NCBI RefSeq assembly: GCF_025660475.1
Contig: NZ_JAOUSF010000006.1
Span: 171,708 to 195,707 of the forward strand
DNA: 24,000 nt
Source of the DNA: Perspicuibacillus lycopersici
GTDB taxonomy: Bacteria; Bacillota; Bacilli; Bacillales; Caldibacillaceae
Reading direction: 5' to 3'
Made by a program: the position numbers and the translations under genes. The notes under the pieces are model-generated. The model saw only the letters and a program-made list of their open reading frames with translations, was not told the origin of the DNA and ran no database searches. Below, piece by piece: positions 17,239 to 24,000 of this stretch. Position 1 is the stretch's first letter; every line of letters starts with the position of its first letter.

Positions 17239-17383
17239 AAAGTCCCACCCTTCCCCATACCAATGGCTGCACGAAGTGTATTCCATCTGCGTACTGTTTA
17301 CAAATAGCAACCAACTACGAAAACAGCCGATGAAAAAATAAACAAGGGTATATACATATGAATAAAAAAGGAGGTTATTTCCA

Positions 17384-18760
17384 TTGATTAAAAGATCCGT
17401 TATGGAACTTATAAACATGATTGACGTACAAAATGATTGCGCGTCATTTGCAGATACATTGATTACAGGTGTATCATTCAACACTCGAACAATTGAAAAA
17501 GGGAATTTATTTATTCCGTTAAAAGGGGAAACACGTGATGGCCATGAATTCGTACAATTAGCCTTTAATCAAGGGGCTGCAGTATCACTGTGGCAAAGAG
17601 ACGTTCCTAATCCTCCGAAAAACGTACCATTATTAATCGTTGAGGATACTTTAGTAGCGATGCAGCAATTAGCACAAAGCTATCGAAAAGAGCTTTCCTT
17701 AAAGGTTGTTGCAGTAACTGGAAGTAATGGAAAAACAACTACGAAGGATATGTTGGCAGAATTATTATCCTTAAAGTATAAAGTTCAAAAAACGAGTGGT
17801 AATTTCAATAATCATCTTGGATTACCTTTAACTATTTTAGGATTGGAAGACGATACAGAGGTTGCTGTATTAGAAATGGGAATGAACCATTTTGGTGAAA
17901 TTGATTTATTAACAAATATTGCAAATCCTGATGCAGCAGTTATTACAAATATTGGTGATGCACACTTACAGGAGCTAGGTTCTCGTGAAGGAATAGCCAA
18001 AGCCAAAATGGAAATATTAAATGGCTTAAAATCGAATGGCTTATTTGTATTTCCGGGTGAAGAACCGTTAATTACAAATGCATTAAAAAATATTCCGAAT
18101 AACTGGAAAGTAAGAACGTTCGGCAAGCACGATAGTAATGATGTATACCCTACATCCTTAAAAATGACAGAGAGTGGATCTGTATTTGAAATAAACGAAT
18201 CCAATGATATTTTCCAAATGCCAGTGTTAGGCGAATATAATGTAATGAATGCACTAGCTGCAATGCTTGTTGCATCAGAATGGGGAGTCCCATTTGAACA
18301 AATGAACAAAGCATTCGCTAATTTAAAGCTGACAACGATGAGAATGGAAATGTCTGATGGTATAAACGGCTCGCACGTTTTAAATGATGCCTATAATGCA
18401 AGTCCAACTTCTATGAAGGCTGTCATTGAATTAGTATCTAGTTTAGAAGGATATACGAAAAAAATCGTCGTCCTTGGTGATATGCTAGAGCTTGGACCAA
18501 ATGAAGCGGAATATCATTTGGAAATCGGAAGCTATTTAAATCCAGAAACGATTGACCTTGTTTATACTTATGGAGAGTTAGGAAAGCTAATAGCAAAAGC
18601 TGCGGAAGAAAACTTTGGTAGCGCAAGAGTATTTGCTTTTGAAAATAAAAATGAATTAATTAGCCACCTGAAAAGTCATTTGGTAAATAATGCTTTAGTG
18701 GTTGTTAAAGCATCAAGAGGGATGAAGCTAGAAGAAGTGGTTCAATCTATTACAGAATAG
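17384..18760 (+). CDS. murF: UDP-N-acetylmuramoyl-tripeptide--D-alanyl-D-alanine ligase
   Basis: Mur ligase motifs are present: VTGSNGKTTTKDM, GMNHFGEI, DAYNASPTSM. AAGGAGG (17368-17374) lies 9 nt before TTG 17384. The gene follows ddl as in B. subtilis. Confidence 0.92.
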   Translation: MIKRSVMELINMIDVQNDCASFADTLITGVSFNTRTIEKGNLFIPLKGETRDGHEFVQLAFNQGAAVSLWQRDVPNPPKNVPLLIVEDTLVAMQQLAQSYRKELSLKVVAVTGSNGKTTTKDMLAELLSLKYKVQKTSGNFNNHLGLPLTILGLEDDTEVAVLEMGMNHFGEIDLLTNIANPDAAVITNIGDAHLQELGSREGIAKAKMEILNGLKSNGLFVFPGEEPLITNALKNIPNNWKVRTFGKHDSNDVYPTSLKMTESGSVFEINESNDIFQMPVLGEYNVMNALAAMLVASEWGVPFEQMNKAFANLKLTTMRMEMSDGINGSHVLNDAYNASPTSMKAVIELVSSLEGYTKKIVVLGDMLELGPNEAEYHLEIGSYLNPETIDLVYTYGELGKLIAKAAEENFGSARVFAFENKNELISHLKSHLVNNALVVVKASRGMKLEEVVQSITE

Positions 18761-18906
18761 CTTTTATTTGAAAAAGAAGAGCAATCGTTCCTTGAAATAA
18801 AAGAAATATATTCCATGAAAATACAAATACACCAATTGTTTATCAATATCCTTTCGTTTAATTTCGCCTAATTCGGTTAAATTAACAGTAAAAAAGGGTG
18901 GAAATA

Positions 18907-19629
18907 ATGATTGGTGTCTTATGTATTCATGGTTTTACAGGATCACCGAAGGAAGTCGACCCGTTAGTTCGCTTTTTTAAAGAACATACTGATTGGTTAG
19001 TGAAAAGTCCAACACTACCAGGTCATGGTGAAATGTTGTCTTTAAAAGGTGTACGCTTCGAGGATTGGATTCAACATGCAGAAAATGAACTGCATGATTT
19101 GTTAGAAACGTGTGAAACGGTTTATATTTGTGGGTTCTCCATGGGGGGATTAATCGGAAGCTGGTTAGCTGCCAAATATAAGGTAGATAAATTGGTATTA
19201 TTAAGTGCGGCAGCGTATTATACGAATCCGAAAAAGTTTTGCAAAGAGTTATTTACTATGATTAAGGATAGCTGTAAAAACCATTTTCAGAAAAACCATG
19301 CGTTCCAAAAGTATATCCGGAAATTTCGTGCTACCCCAGTATCTGCCTATATCCAATTTTGCAAATTAGTTCAGTCTATCCGCCCACAGCTCCCAAACGT
19401 AGATGTACCAACATTCATTGTTCAAGGAAAAAAAGATCCGATTGTTCCGGAAAAAAGTGCCCATTACATATATAAAAATATATGTGCTACAGAAAAAAAG
19501 CTACTATTCATTGAAGAAGCAAATCATCTTATTTGTTATGGAGAGTTTCAGGAGATGCTCTTTTCTGAAATATTGCAATTTCTAAACACTTCCGTACCGT
19601 GTGAAAAAATTGCAATCAATAATATTTAA
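18907..19629 (+). CDS. Alpha/beta hydrolase (carboxylesterase/lipase-like)
   Basis: HGFTGSP and the nucleophile elbow GFSMGG are present, with a C-terminal EEANHLI histidine region. The size is about 240 aa. AAGGGTGG lies 5 nt before ATG 18907. The track GTG at 18898 overlaps the SD. Confidence 0.8.
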   Translation: MIGVLCIHGFTGSPKEVDPLVRFFKEHTDWLVKSPTLPGHGEMLSLKGVRFEDWIQHAENELHDLLETCETVYICGFSMGGLIGSWLAAKYKVDKLVLLSAAAYYTNPKKFCKELFTMIKDSCKNHFQKNHAFQKYIRKFRATPVSAYIQFCKLVQSIRPQLPNVDVPTFIVQGKKDPIVPEKSAHYIYKNICATEKKLLFIEEANHLICYGEFQEMLFSEILQFLNTSVPCEKIAINNI

Positions 19630-19679
19630 TGGTAATATTAATTGAATCTAATGGAAAAATAATATAGTAAATAATAAAT

Positions 19680-19709
19680 ATACTCTCAAAGGTACGAGAG
19701 TATTTTTTC
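19680..19709 (+). terminator. Intrinsic terminator after the hydrolase gene
   Basis: ATACTCTC (19680-19687) pairs perfectly with GAGAGTAT (19696-19703) across an AAAGGTAC loop, followed by a TTTTTT tail. Confidence 0.8.
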
Positions 19710-19725
19710 TGTTAATAAAAGGAGT

Positions 19726-21240
19726 ATGAAAAAATTGGGAAAATTTGAAGACTTAAATTTGAGTTCAAGTACGATGCGTTCATTAAAACGAATTGGTTTT
19801 GAAGAAACAACACCGATACAAGAACAAACGATTCCACTTAGTTTAGAGGGCCACGACATTATCGGGCAAGCTCAAACAGGTACAGGTAAAACTGCTGCTT
19901 TTGGAATCCCGCTTATTGAAAAAGTAGATATGAAGGATAAGACAATTCAATCGATTGTAATTGCACCTACGAGAGAACTTGCCATCCAAGTATCTGAAGA
20001 ATTATATAAACTTGGATTCGACAAACATGTTCAAGTTTTAGCTGTTTATGGTGGACAAGATATTTCTCGCCAAATTCGTGCATTGAAAAAGAAACCGGCT
20101 ATTATTGTTGGTACACCAGGTCGTCTTTTAGACCATATCAATCGCGCGACGATTAAATTGTCAAATATCCACACAGTAGTTCTTGATGAAGCTGATGAAA
20201 TGTTAAACATGGGATTCATTGAGGACATTGAGGCTATTTTAGAAAAAATTCCTACCGAGCGTCAAACATTACTGTTCTCTGCAACTATGCCAGAAAAAAT
20301 TCGTCAAATTGCTTTACGCTTTATGAATGAACCGAAATTAGTACGTACAAAAGCGAAAGAAATGACAGTTCCGCAAATCGATCAATACTTTGTAAAAGTA
20401 GAAGAACGAGAAAAATTTGACGCATTAACTCGTTTATTGGATTTCCATTCTCCTGAATTAGCGATTATTTTCGGTCGTACAAAACGTAGAGTCGATGAGG
20501 TTGCTGAAGCATTGTCCATTCGTGGATATACAGCGGAAGGGATCCATGGGGATTTAACGCAAGCGAAAAGAATATCTGTATTACGTAAATTTAAAGAAGG
20601 TTCCATTGACGTTTTAGTTGCTACAGATGTAGCTGCTCGTGGTCTAGATATCTCTGGTGTAACACATGTTTACAACTTTGATATTCCTCAAGACCCAGAA
20701 AGCTATGTTCACCGTATTGGTCGTACTGGCCGTGCAGGAAAAGGTGGTATGGCAGTTACTTTTGTATCTCCTCGTGAAATGGGATATTTACGAATAGTAG
20801 AAGAAACAACGAAGAAAAAGATGAAGCGTATGGATGTACCAACAATGGCTGAAGCTATCGAAGGACAACAACGTTTAGTAATGGATAAGCTTAATACCAT
20901 TATCGAAGAAAATGATTTAACATTGTATAAAAAAGCCGCAGAAGAATTGCTTAAAGAACATGATAGTGAAGCAATTATCTCTGCAGCATTGAAAATGTTA
21001 ATTAAAGAACCAGATAACACACCTGTGAAAATTACACAAGAAGCTCCACTGCCGATGAGAAGAGATAGAAGATCCTCTTCATCAAAAAATGGCGGTCGCA
21101 GCAATAACCGCGACAGCCAAAGAAGACGTGGCGATCAAAGAAGAAATAATGATCAAAAACGAAGTGGAAATCGAAATAGCCAAAGAGAAGGCAGAAGTAA
21201 TCAATCAAGAAGTAGCCAAGGCTATAAAAAAAGCAAATAA
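19726..21240 (+). CDS. cshA: DEAD-box ATP-dependent RNA helicase CshA
   Basis: The Q motif (FEETTPIQ), [18 protein letters not shown] (VLDEADEML), SAT and [10 protein letters not shown] are all present. There is an R/S/N/Q-rich C-terminal tail. The gene sits in the B. subtilis murF-cshA-ydbS context. The start is ambiguous: ATG 19726 is only 1 nt from GGAG (19721-19724), while the in-frame TTG 19735 has 10-nt spacing. Confidence 0.93.
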   Translation: MKKLGKFEDLNLSSSTMRSLKRIGFEETTPIQEQTIPLSLEGHDIIGQAQTGTGKTAAFGIPLIEKVDMKDKTIQSIVIAPTRELAIQVSEELYKLGFDKHVQVLAVYGGQDISRQIRALKKKPAIIVGTPGRLLDHINRATIKLSNIHTVVLDEADEMLNMGFIEDIEAILEKIPTERQTLLFSATMPEKIRQIALRFMNEPKLVRTKAKEMTVPQIDQYFVKVEEREKFDALTRLLDFHSPELAIIFGRTKRRVDEVAEALSIRGYTAEGIHGDLTQAKRISVLRKFKEGSIDVLVATDVAARGLDISGVTHVYNFDIPQDPESYVHRIGRTGRAGKGGMAVTFVSPREMGYLRIVEETTKKKMKRMDVPTMAEAIEGQQRLVMDKLNTIIEENDLTLYKKAAEELLKEHDSEAIISAALKMLIKEPDNTPVKITQEAPLPMRRDRRSSSSKNGGRSNNRDSQRRRGDQRRNNDQKRSGNRNSQREGRSNQSRSSQGYKKSK

Positions 21241-21306
21241 TTTCTAATAGGAAAATGGTGTTAGATTTAAGTGGGAAGAAACCCACATTGTAAATCGCAC
21301 AAGAAG

Positions 21307-21336
21307 AAGACCGACTTTGGATAAGTCGGTCTTTTT
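21307..21336. terminator. Bidirectional terminator between cshA and the convergent kinase gene
   Basis: AAGACCGACTT (21307-21317) pairs perfectly with AAGTCGGTCTT (21323-21333) across a TGGAT loop. TTTTTA follows on the plus strand and CTTCTTCTT on the minus strand. Confidence 0.85.
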
Positions 21337-21352
21337 ATTACCAATTATTGTC

Positions 21353-21859
21353 TTATTCAACTTTATTTTCTTCACTTTGACGGATGATTTCGTCAACGAC
21401 TTGTTCAATCGGTGCTGTGGCGTCGATTATAATTCCGTTTTTCGGAATGTCTTCTTTCGTTTGGTGCAATCGTACGATTAGTTCTCGCTCTGATTTCTTT
21501 GCACCCCACTCATCTTTCGGTCGCTCGTCAAGTCGTTTGTTTAATGTATCAATGTCGACATCTAGGACAAATACACGGTCAAATAGATCTATAAATTTTG
21601 AAAAGTTCCTAGAACCACCGCAGAAAAATGTTACCTCATCATTCTGGTTGGCAATCAAAGCTTTTACTTTATCTACATTCCAAATGTGGTGCTCGTGCCC
21701 CTTACCGGCATTTGTCGGTATACCAGTTTCTGGATCACCTTGATAAGCCAAATCACGGTCACCGTGAATAGCATGGTAGCCCCGCCGCTGTAATTCATTG
21801 CAGACGGATGTTTTTCCAGTGCAAGAAACACCTTCAATCAGATAATTCCTAATACCCAT
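21353..21859 (-). CDS. Small P-loop NTPase / nucleoside(-tide) kinase-like protein
   Basis: 168-aa ORF with Walker A GVSCTGKTS at residues 10-18 and a Walker-B-like VFVLDVD. The size and layout resemble adenylate or shikimate-kinase-fold enzymes. GGAGGA lies 7 nt before the ATG. Confidence 0.7.
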   Translation of the reverse strand: MGIRNYLIEGVSCTGKTSVCNELQRRGYHAIHGDRDLAYQGDPETGIPTNAGKGHEHHIWNVDKVKALIANQNDEVTFFCGGSRNFSKFIDLFDRVFVLDVDIDTLNKRLDERPKDEWGAKKSERELIVRLHQTKEDIPKNGIIIDATAPIEQVVDEIIRQSEENKVE

Positions 21860-22091
21860 GGCTAGATCCTCCGTTTCAATTGGTCATCATCGTTATGTAT
21901 ACATAGTTTACAGCAATTTGAAGTAAGTTTAAAAGAAGGAAAACGAGCAACCATCGAATCTGATAGGAACTGCCTAACTATGGCTGAAATAATAAAAATT
22001 AAAGAAATTTGGAAGCATTTATAAAATCAATAGGCTCCTTATTATTCCTATTGCAGATTGCTCAAGAGGTAAAAAATAAGCTAGTTAATTT

Positions 22092-22120
22092 TGAAAACTT
22101 TTTATATACTAGACCGTATA
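22092..22120 (+). promoter_or_regulatory. ECF (sigma-W-type) promoter candidate for ydbS-ydbT
   Basis: TGAAAAC (22092-22098), an exactly 16-nt spacer, then CGTATA (22115-22120). The B. subtilis sigma-W consensus is TGAAAC-N16-CGTATA. The -10 element is perfect, and the -35 element keeps the AAC core with one extra A. Confidence 0.55.
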
Positions 22121-22161
22121 AATATTGCTAGAGAAATTTTTTACAGCACAGGAGGAGAAAG

Positions 22162-22641
22162 ATGATTGGCGAACCTAACAACCGGATTTCAAAGGGGGCA
22201 TTAACCGTATGGCGGATTCATGGAATCATTGGCTCGGTCATTACCCTAATTATATCGTTCACTTTAGGGACTCTTTGTTTTCTTTTTGATTGGCCAGTGT
22301 GGATTGTTTATGGACTAGCTGTTCTCTTTATACTTGAAGTTTATTATTTTGTCCTCTTTCGTCCGAAGCTCCGTTGGTTGCGTTGGCGCTATGAGGTAAG
22401 GGAACAAGAAATTGAAATACAGCATGGGCTATTTGTAGTGAGGAAAACATTGATTCCGATGATACGAGTCCAGCATGTCGATAATACGCAAGGACCGATT
22501 TTAAAAAAATTTGGGTTAGCTACAGTAACTATTTCTACTGCAGCTACGCAGCATGAAATACCTGCATTAGAGGAAGTGGAAGCAGAAGAGCTTCGACATG
22601 TCATTTCGAGACTAGCAAGGGTGGCTGACGAAGATGTCTGA
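22162..22641 (+). CDS. ydbS: YdbS-like membrane protein with a bacterial PH (bPH2/DUF304) domain
   Basis: 159-aa ORF with two TM helices followed by RYEVREQEIEIQHGLFVVRKTLIPMIRVQHVD, which is a bPH2 signature. GGAGG lies 6 nt before the ATG. The gene is followed by ydbT as in B. subtilis. Confidence 0.8.
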   Translation: MIGEPNNRISKGALTVWRIHGIIGSVITLIISFTLGTLCFLFDWPVWIVYGLAVLFILEVYYFVLFRPKLRWLRWRYEVREQEIEIQHGLFVVRKTLIPMIRVQHVDNTQGPILKKFGLATVTISTAATQHEIPALEEVEAEELRHVISRLARVADEDV

Positions 22642-24000
22642 GAAAAAACGATTACACCCGATAACCATTGTAACAAATACATTTTCTACATTAAAAGACG
22701 CAATTTTTCCGATTATTTTAACCGTTATTGTTGGCGGTGGGAAGTCAGATGGTTCATTCTTCTGGGATTTATTTTTTGTACTAATTCTCCCACTCATCGT
22801 CATGGTTCTGCTGATTGTTTTTGGAGTCATTTCATGGATGCGATTTAACTATCGCTTAGAGGAACAGGAGATACGAATTGAACACGGGGTGTTTATACGG
22901 AAGAAACGCTATATTCCGTGTGAACGGATTCAAAGTATATCTACTACAGAAGGTATGCTTCAGCGACTTTTTGGACTAGTGAAGTTGACGATTGAGACTG
23001 CAGGAGGATCGGGAGAAGCAGAGGCGGTATTAGCAGCGATATCGAAACATGAAGCAAACGAAATACAATTATACATAAAGCATGCTAAAGAGCAAATTAG
23101 CGAAACAGAAGAAGCAAATGAGGATGTTGCCGAAAGAACGAATGTATTGGAACAGAAGAATATAGTATTCAGAATGAGCTTTAAAGAGATTTTTATCCTT
23201 GCCATATCCAGTGGGGGAGCACTTGGGGTAATTGCTGCTGTTTTTGCTTTTTGTTCACACTTCGATGAATTAGTACCATATGAAAGATTATACGATAGGT
23301 TGGAAACAATAGTTGCCAATGGAGTAATTATTGCAATTTTCATGGGCTTATTAGTTATTTTATTTGCATACTGCATTGCCATTATTCGGACGATGATCAA
23401 ATATGCATATTTTTCAGTGGAGAAAACAGCGGAAAATTTAGTGGTTTCACATGGCTTATTGGAAAAGCAAAATATTAATGTCCCGTTAAATCGAATCCAA
23501 GGAATCATTATTGAGGAAAGCATTATTCGGAAATTATTTGGTCTTGCTACTGTTTCAGTAATAAATGCAGGAAGTTTTTCAAATGAAGGAGAATCTGGAA
23601 AAATTATTATTTTCCCTTTAATTAAAACGAACAAAATTGCAGCTGTGATGGAGGCTTGTTTGTCAGAATACCAAATAGAAGAAAGTTTTGCCAAAGTACC
23701 AGCTCGGGCAAAATCACGATATATTTTGCGACCGATGATACCACTTGTTATACCTGTTGGCGTCGGTATATATTTTCTTCATCAATGGGGTCTATTATTG
23801 CTGTTATCTTTCCCGCTAGCAGCATATTTTGGGTATCTAGGTTATTTATACGCAGGCTGGAATATTAATCAGCAACAGCTCGTGCTTCGTAGTCGATTTA
23901 TTAATGCAAAGACAGTATATATGTTTAAAAACCGAATTCAGTCTTTAGAGATATCATCGAATTTTCTCCAGGATAGAAAGCGACTCGGCAGTGTATCGGC
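22634..24000 (+). CDS. ydbT: YdbT-like membrane protein with three bPH2 domains (3' end outside the window)
   Basis: This ORF is not in the track because it has no stop codon in the window. My manual translation from ATG 22634 (MSEKKRLHPITIVTN...) stays open to 24000. The bPH2 signature occurs three times: RFNYRLEEQEIRIEHGVFIRKKRYIPCERIQSI, VEKTAENLVVSHGLLEKQNINVPLNRIQGI and NINQQQLVLRSRFINAKTVYMFKNRIQSL. The start overlaps the ydbS stop (ATGTCTGA). Confidence 0.8.
   Translation, partial: MSEKKRLHPITIVTNTFSTLKDAIFPIILTVIVGGGKSDGSFFWDLFFVLILPLIVMVLLIVFGVISWMRFNYRLEEQEIRIEHGVFIRKKRYIPCERIQSISTTEGMLQRLFGLVKLTIETAGGSGEAEAVLAAISKHEANEIQLYIKHAKEQISETEEANEDVAERTNVLEQKNIVFRMSFKEIFILAISSGGALGVIAAVFAFCSHFDELVPYERLYDRLETIVANGVIIAIFMGLLVILFAYCIAIIRTMIKYAYFSVEKTAENLVVSHGLLEKQNINVPLNRIQGIIIEESIIRKLFGLATVSVINAGSFSNEGESGKIIIFPLIKTNKIAAVMEACLSEYQIEESFAKVPARAKSRYILRPMIPLVIPVGVGIYFLHQWGLLLLLSFPLAAYFGYLGYLYAGWNINQQQLVLRSRFINAKTVYMFKNRIQSLEISSNFLQDRKRLGSVS

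Noticed and set aside
17040-17484. ORFs of 62 aa (plus strand) and 98 aa (minus strand) covering the ddl-murF spacer.
   Set aside because: Neither has an SD. Both run through the terminator hairpin and overlap the ddl end or the murF start. The translated sequences look random, so I treat the spacer as non-coding.
17812-18309. A 165-aa ORF on the minus strand.
   Set aside because: It is antisense to murF, has no recognisable motifs and has no independent signals.
20709-21286. Two minus-strand ORFs (131 aa and 84 aa) under the 3' end of cshA.
   Set aside because: They are antisense to the repetitive AGA/AAT/CAA codons of the CshA tail. The resulting F/L/S-rich products are reverse-frame artefacts.
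22960-23694. A 244-aa ORF on the minus strand, the longest unexplained ORF in the track.
   Set aside because: It lies entirely antisense to the manually translated ydbT frame, which has three clear bPH2 signatures. The antisense product is low-complexity with no motifs or SD, so it is a shadow ORF.
1-24000. A scan for mobile elements, CRISPR arrays, tRNA or rRNA genes, long direct or inverted repeats, and compositional islands.
   Set aside because: None was seen. There are no transposase, integrase or Cas-like ORFs, no repeat-spacer periodicity and no cloverleaf-like GC-rich segments. Composition looks uniform apart from slightly higher GC in glxK.

Overview
This is a low-GC, Bacillaceae-type chromosomal core region. 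I saw no rRNA or tRNA genes, CRISPR arrays, transposases, integrases or long repeats. I support 17 protein-coding genes, in this order: xpaC and a TelA-family gene (yaaN-like); a TAXI-type TRAP transporter operon (lipoprotein receptor, DUF1850, fused permease); a convergent argS preceded by a clear T-box leader with a CGC (Arg) specifier; a rodA-like SEDS gene; a CNNM/CorC-type (DUF21-CBS-CorC_HlyC) putative divalent-cation exporter; mgtE; an orphan 263-aa hypothetical; glxK; ddl; murF; an alpha/beta hydrolase; cshA; a convergent small P-loop kinase; and ydbS-ydbT (bPH2 proteins). ydbT runs off the 3' end and is missing from the ORF track, so I translated it by hand. The right half matches B. 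subtilis ddl-murF-cshA-ydbS-ydbT synteny. Almost every transcription unit ends in a readable intrinsic terminator. Several ORF-track starts look over-extended. Shine-Dalgarno spacing favours internal starts for telA, the TAXI receptor, argS, mgtE, the hypothetical, glxK, ddl and the hydrolase (and possibly xpaC and cshA, whose track starts I kept). I do not see a convincing novel multi-gene defence or mobile system. The leads most worth following are non-coding. First, a roughly 365-nt structured leader sits behind a perfect TTGACA-17-TATAAT promoter upstream of the CNNM exporter gene. Second, the mgtE leader has no recognisable M-box. Third, ddl and murF are separated by an unexpected 300-bp spacer containing a terminator and a C-rich tract. 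Fourth, a sigma-W-type ECF promoter lies in front of ydbST. Fifth, a 17-bp operator-like palindrome sits at the TRAP promoter. All functional calls rest on motif recognition by eye, and no database search was run.
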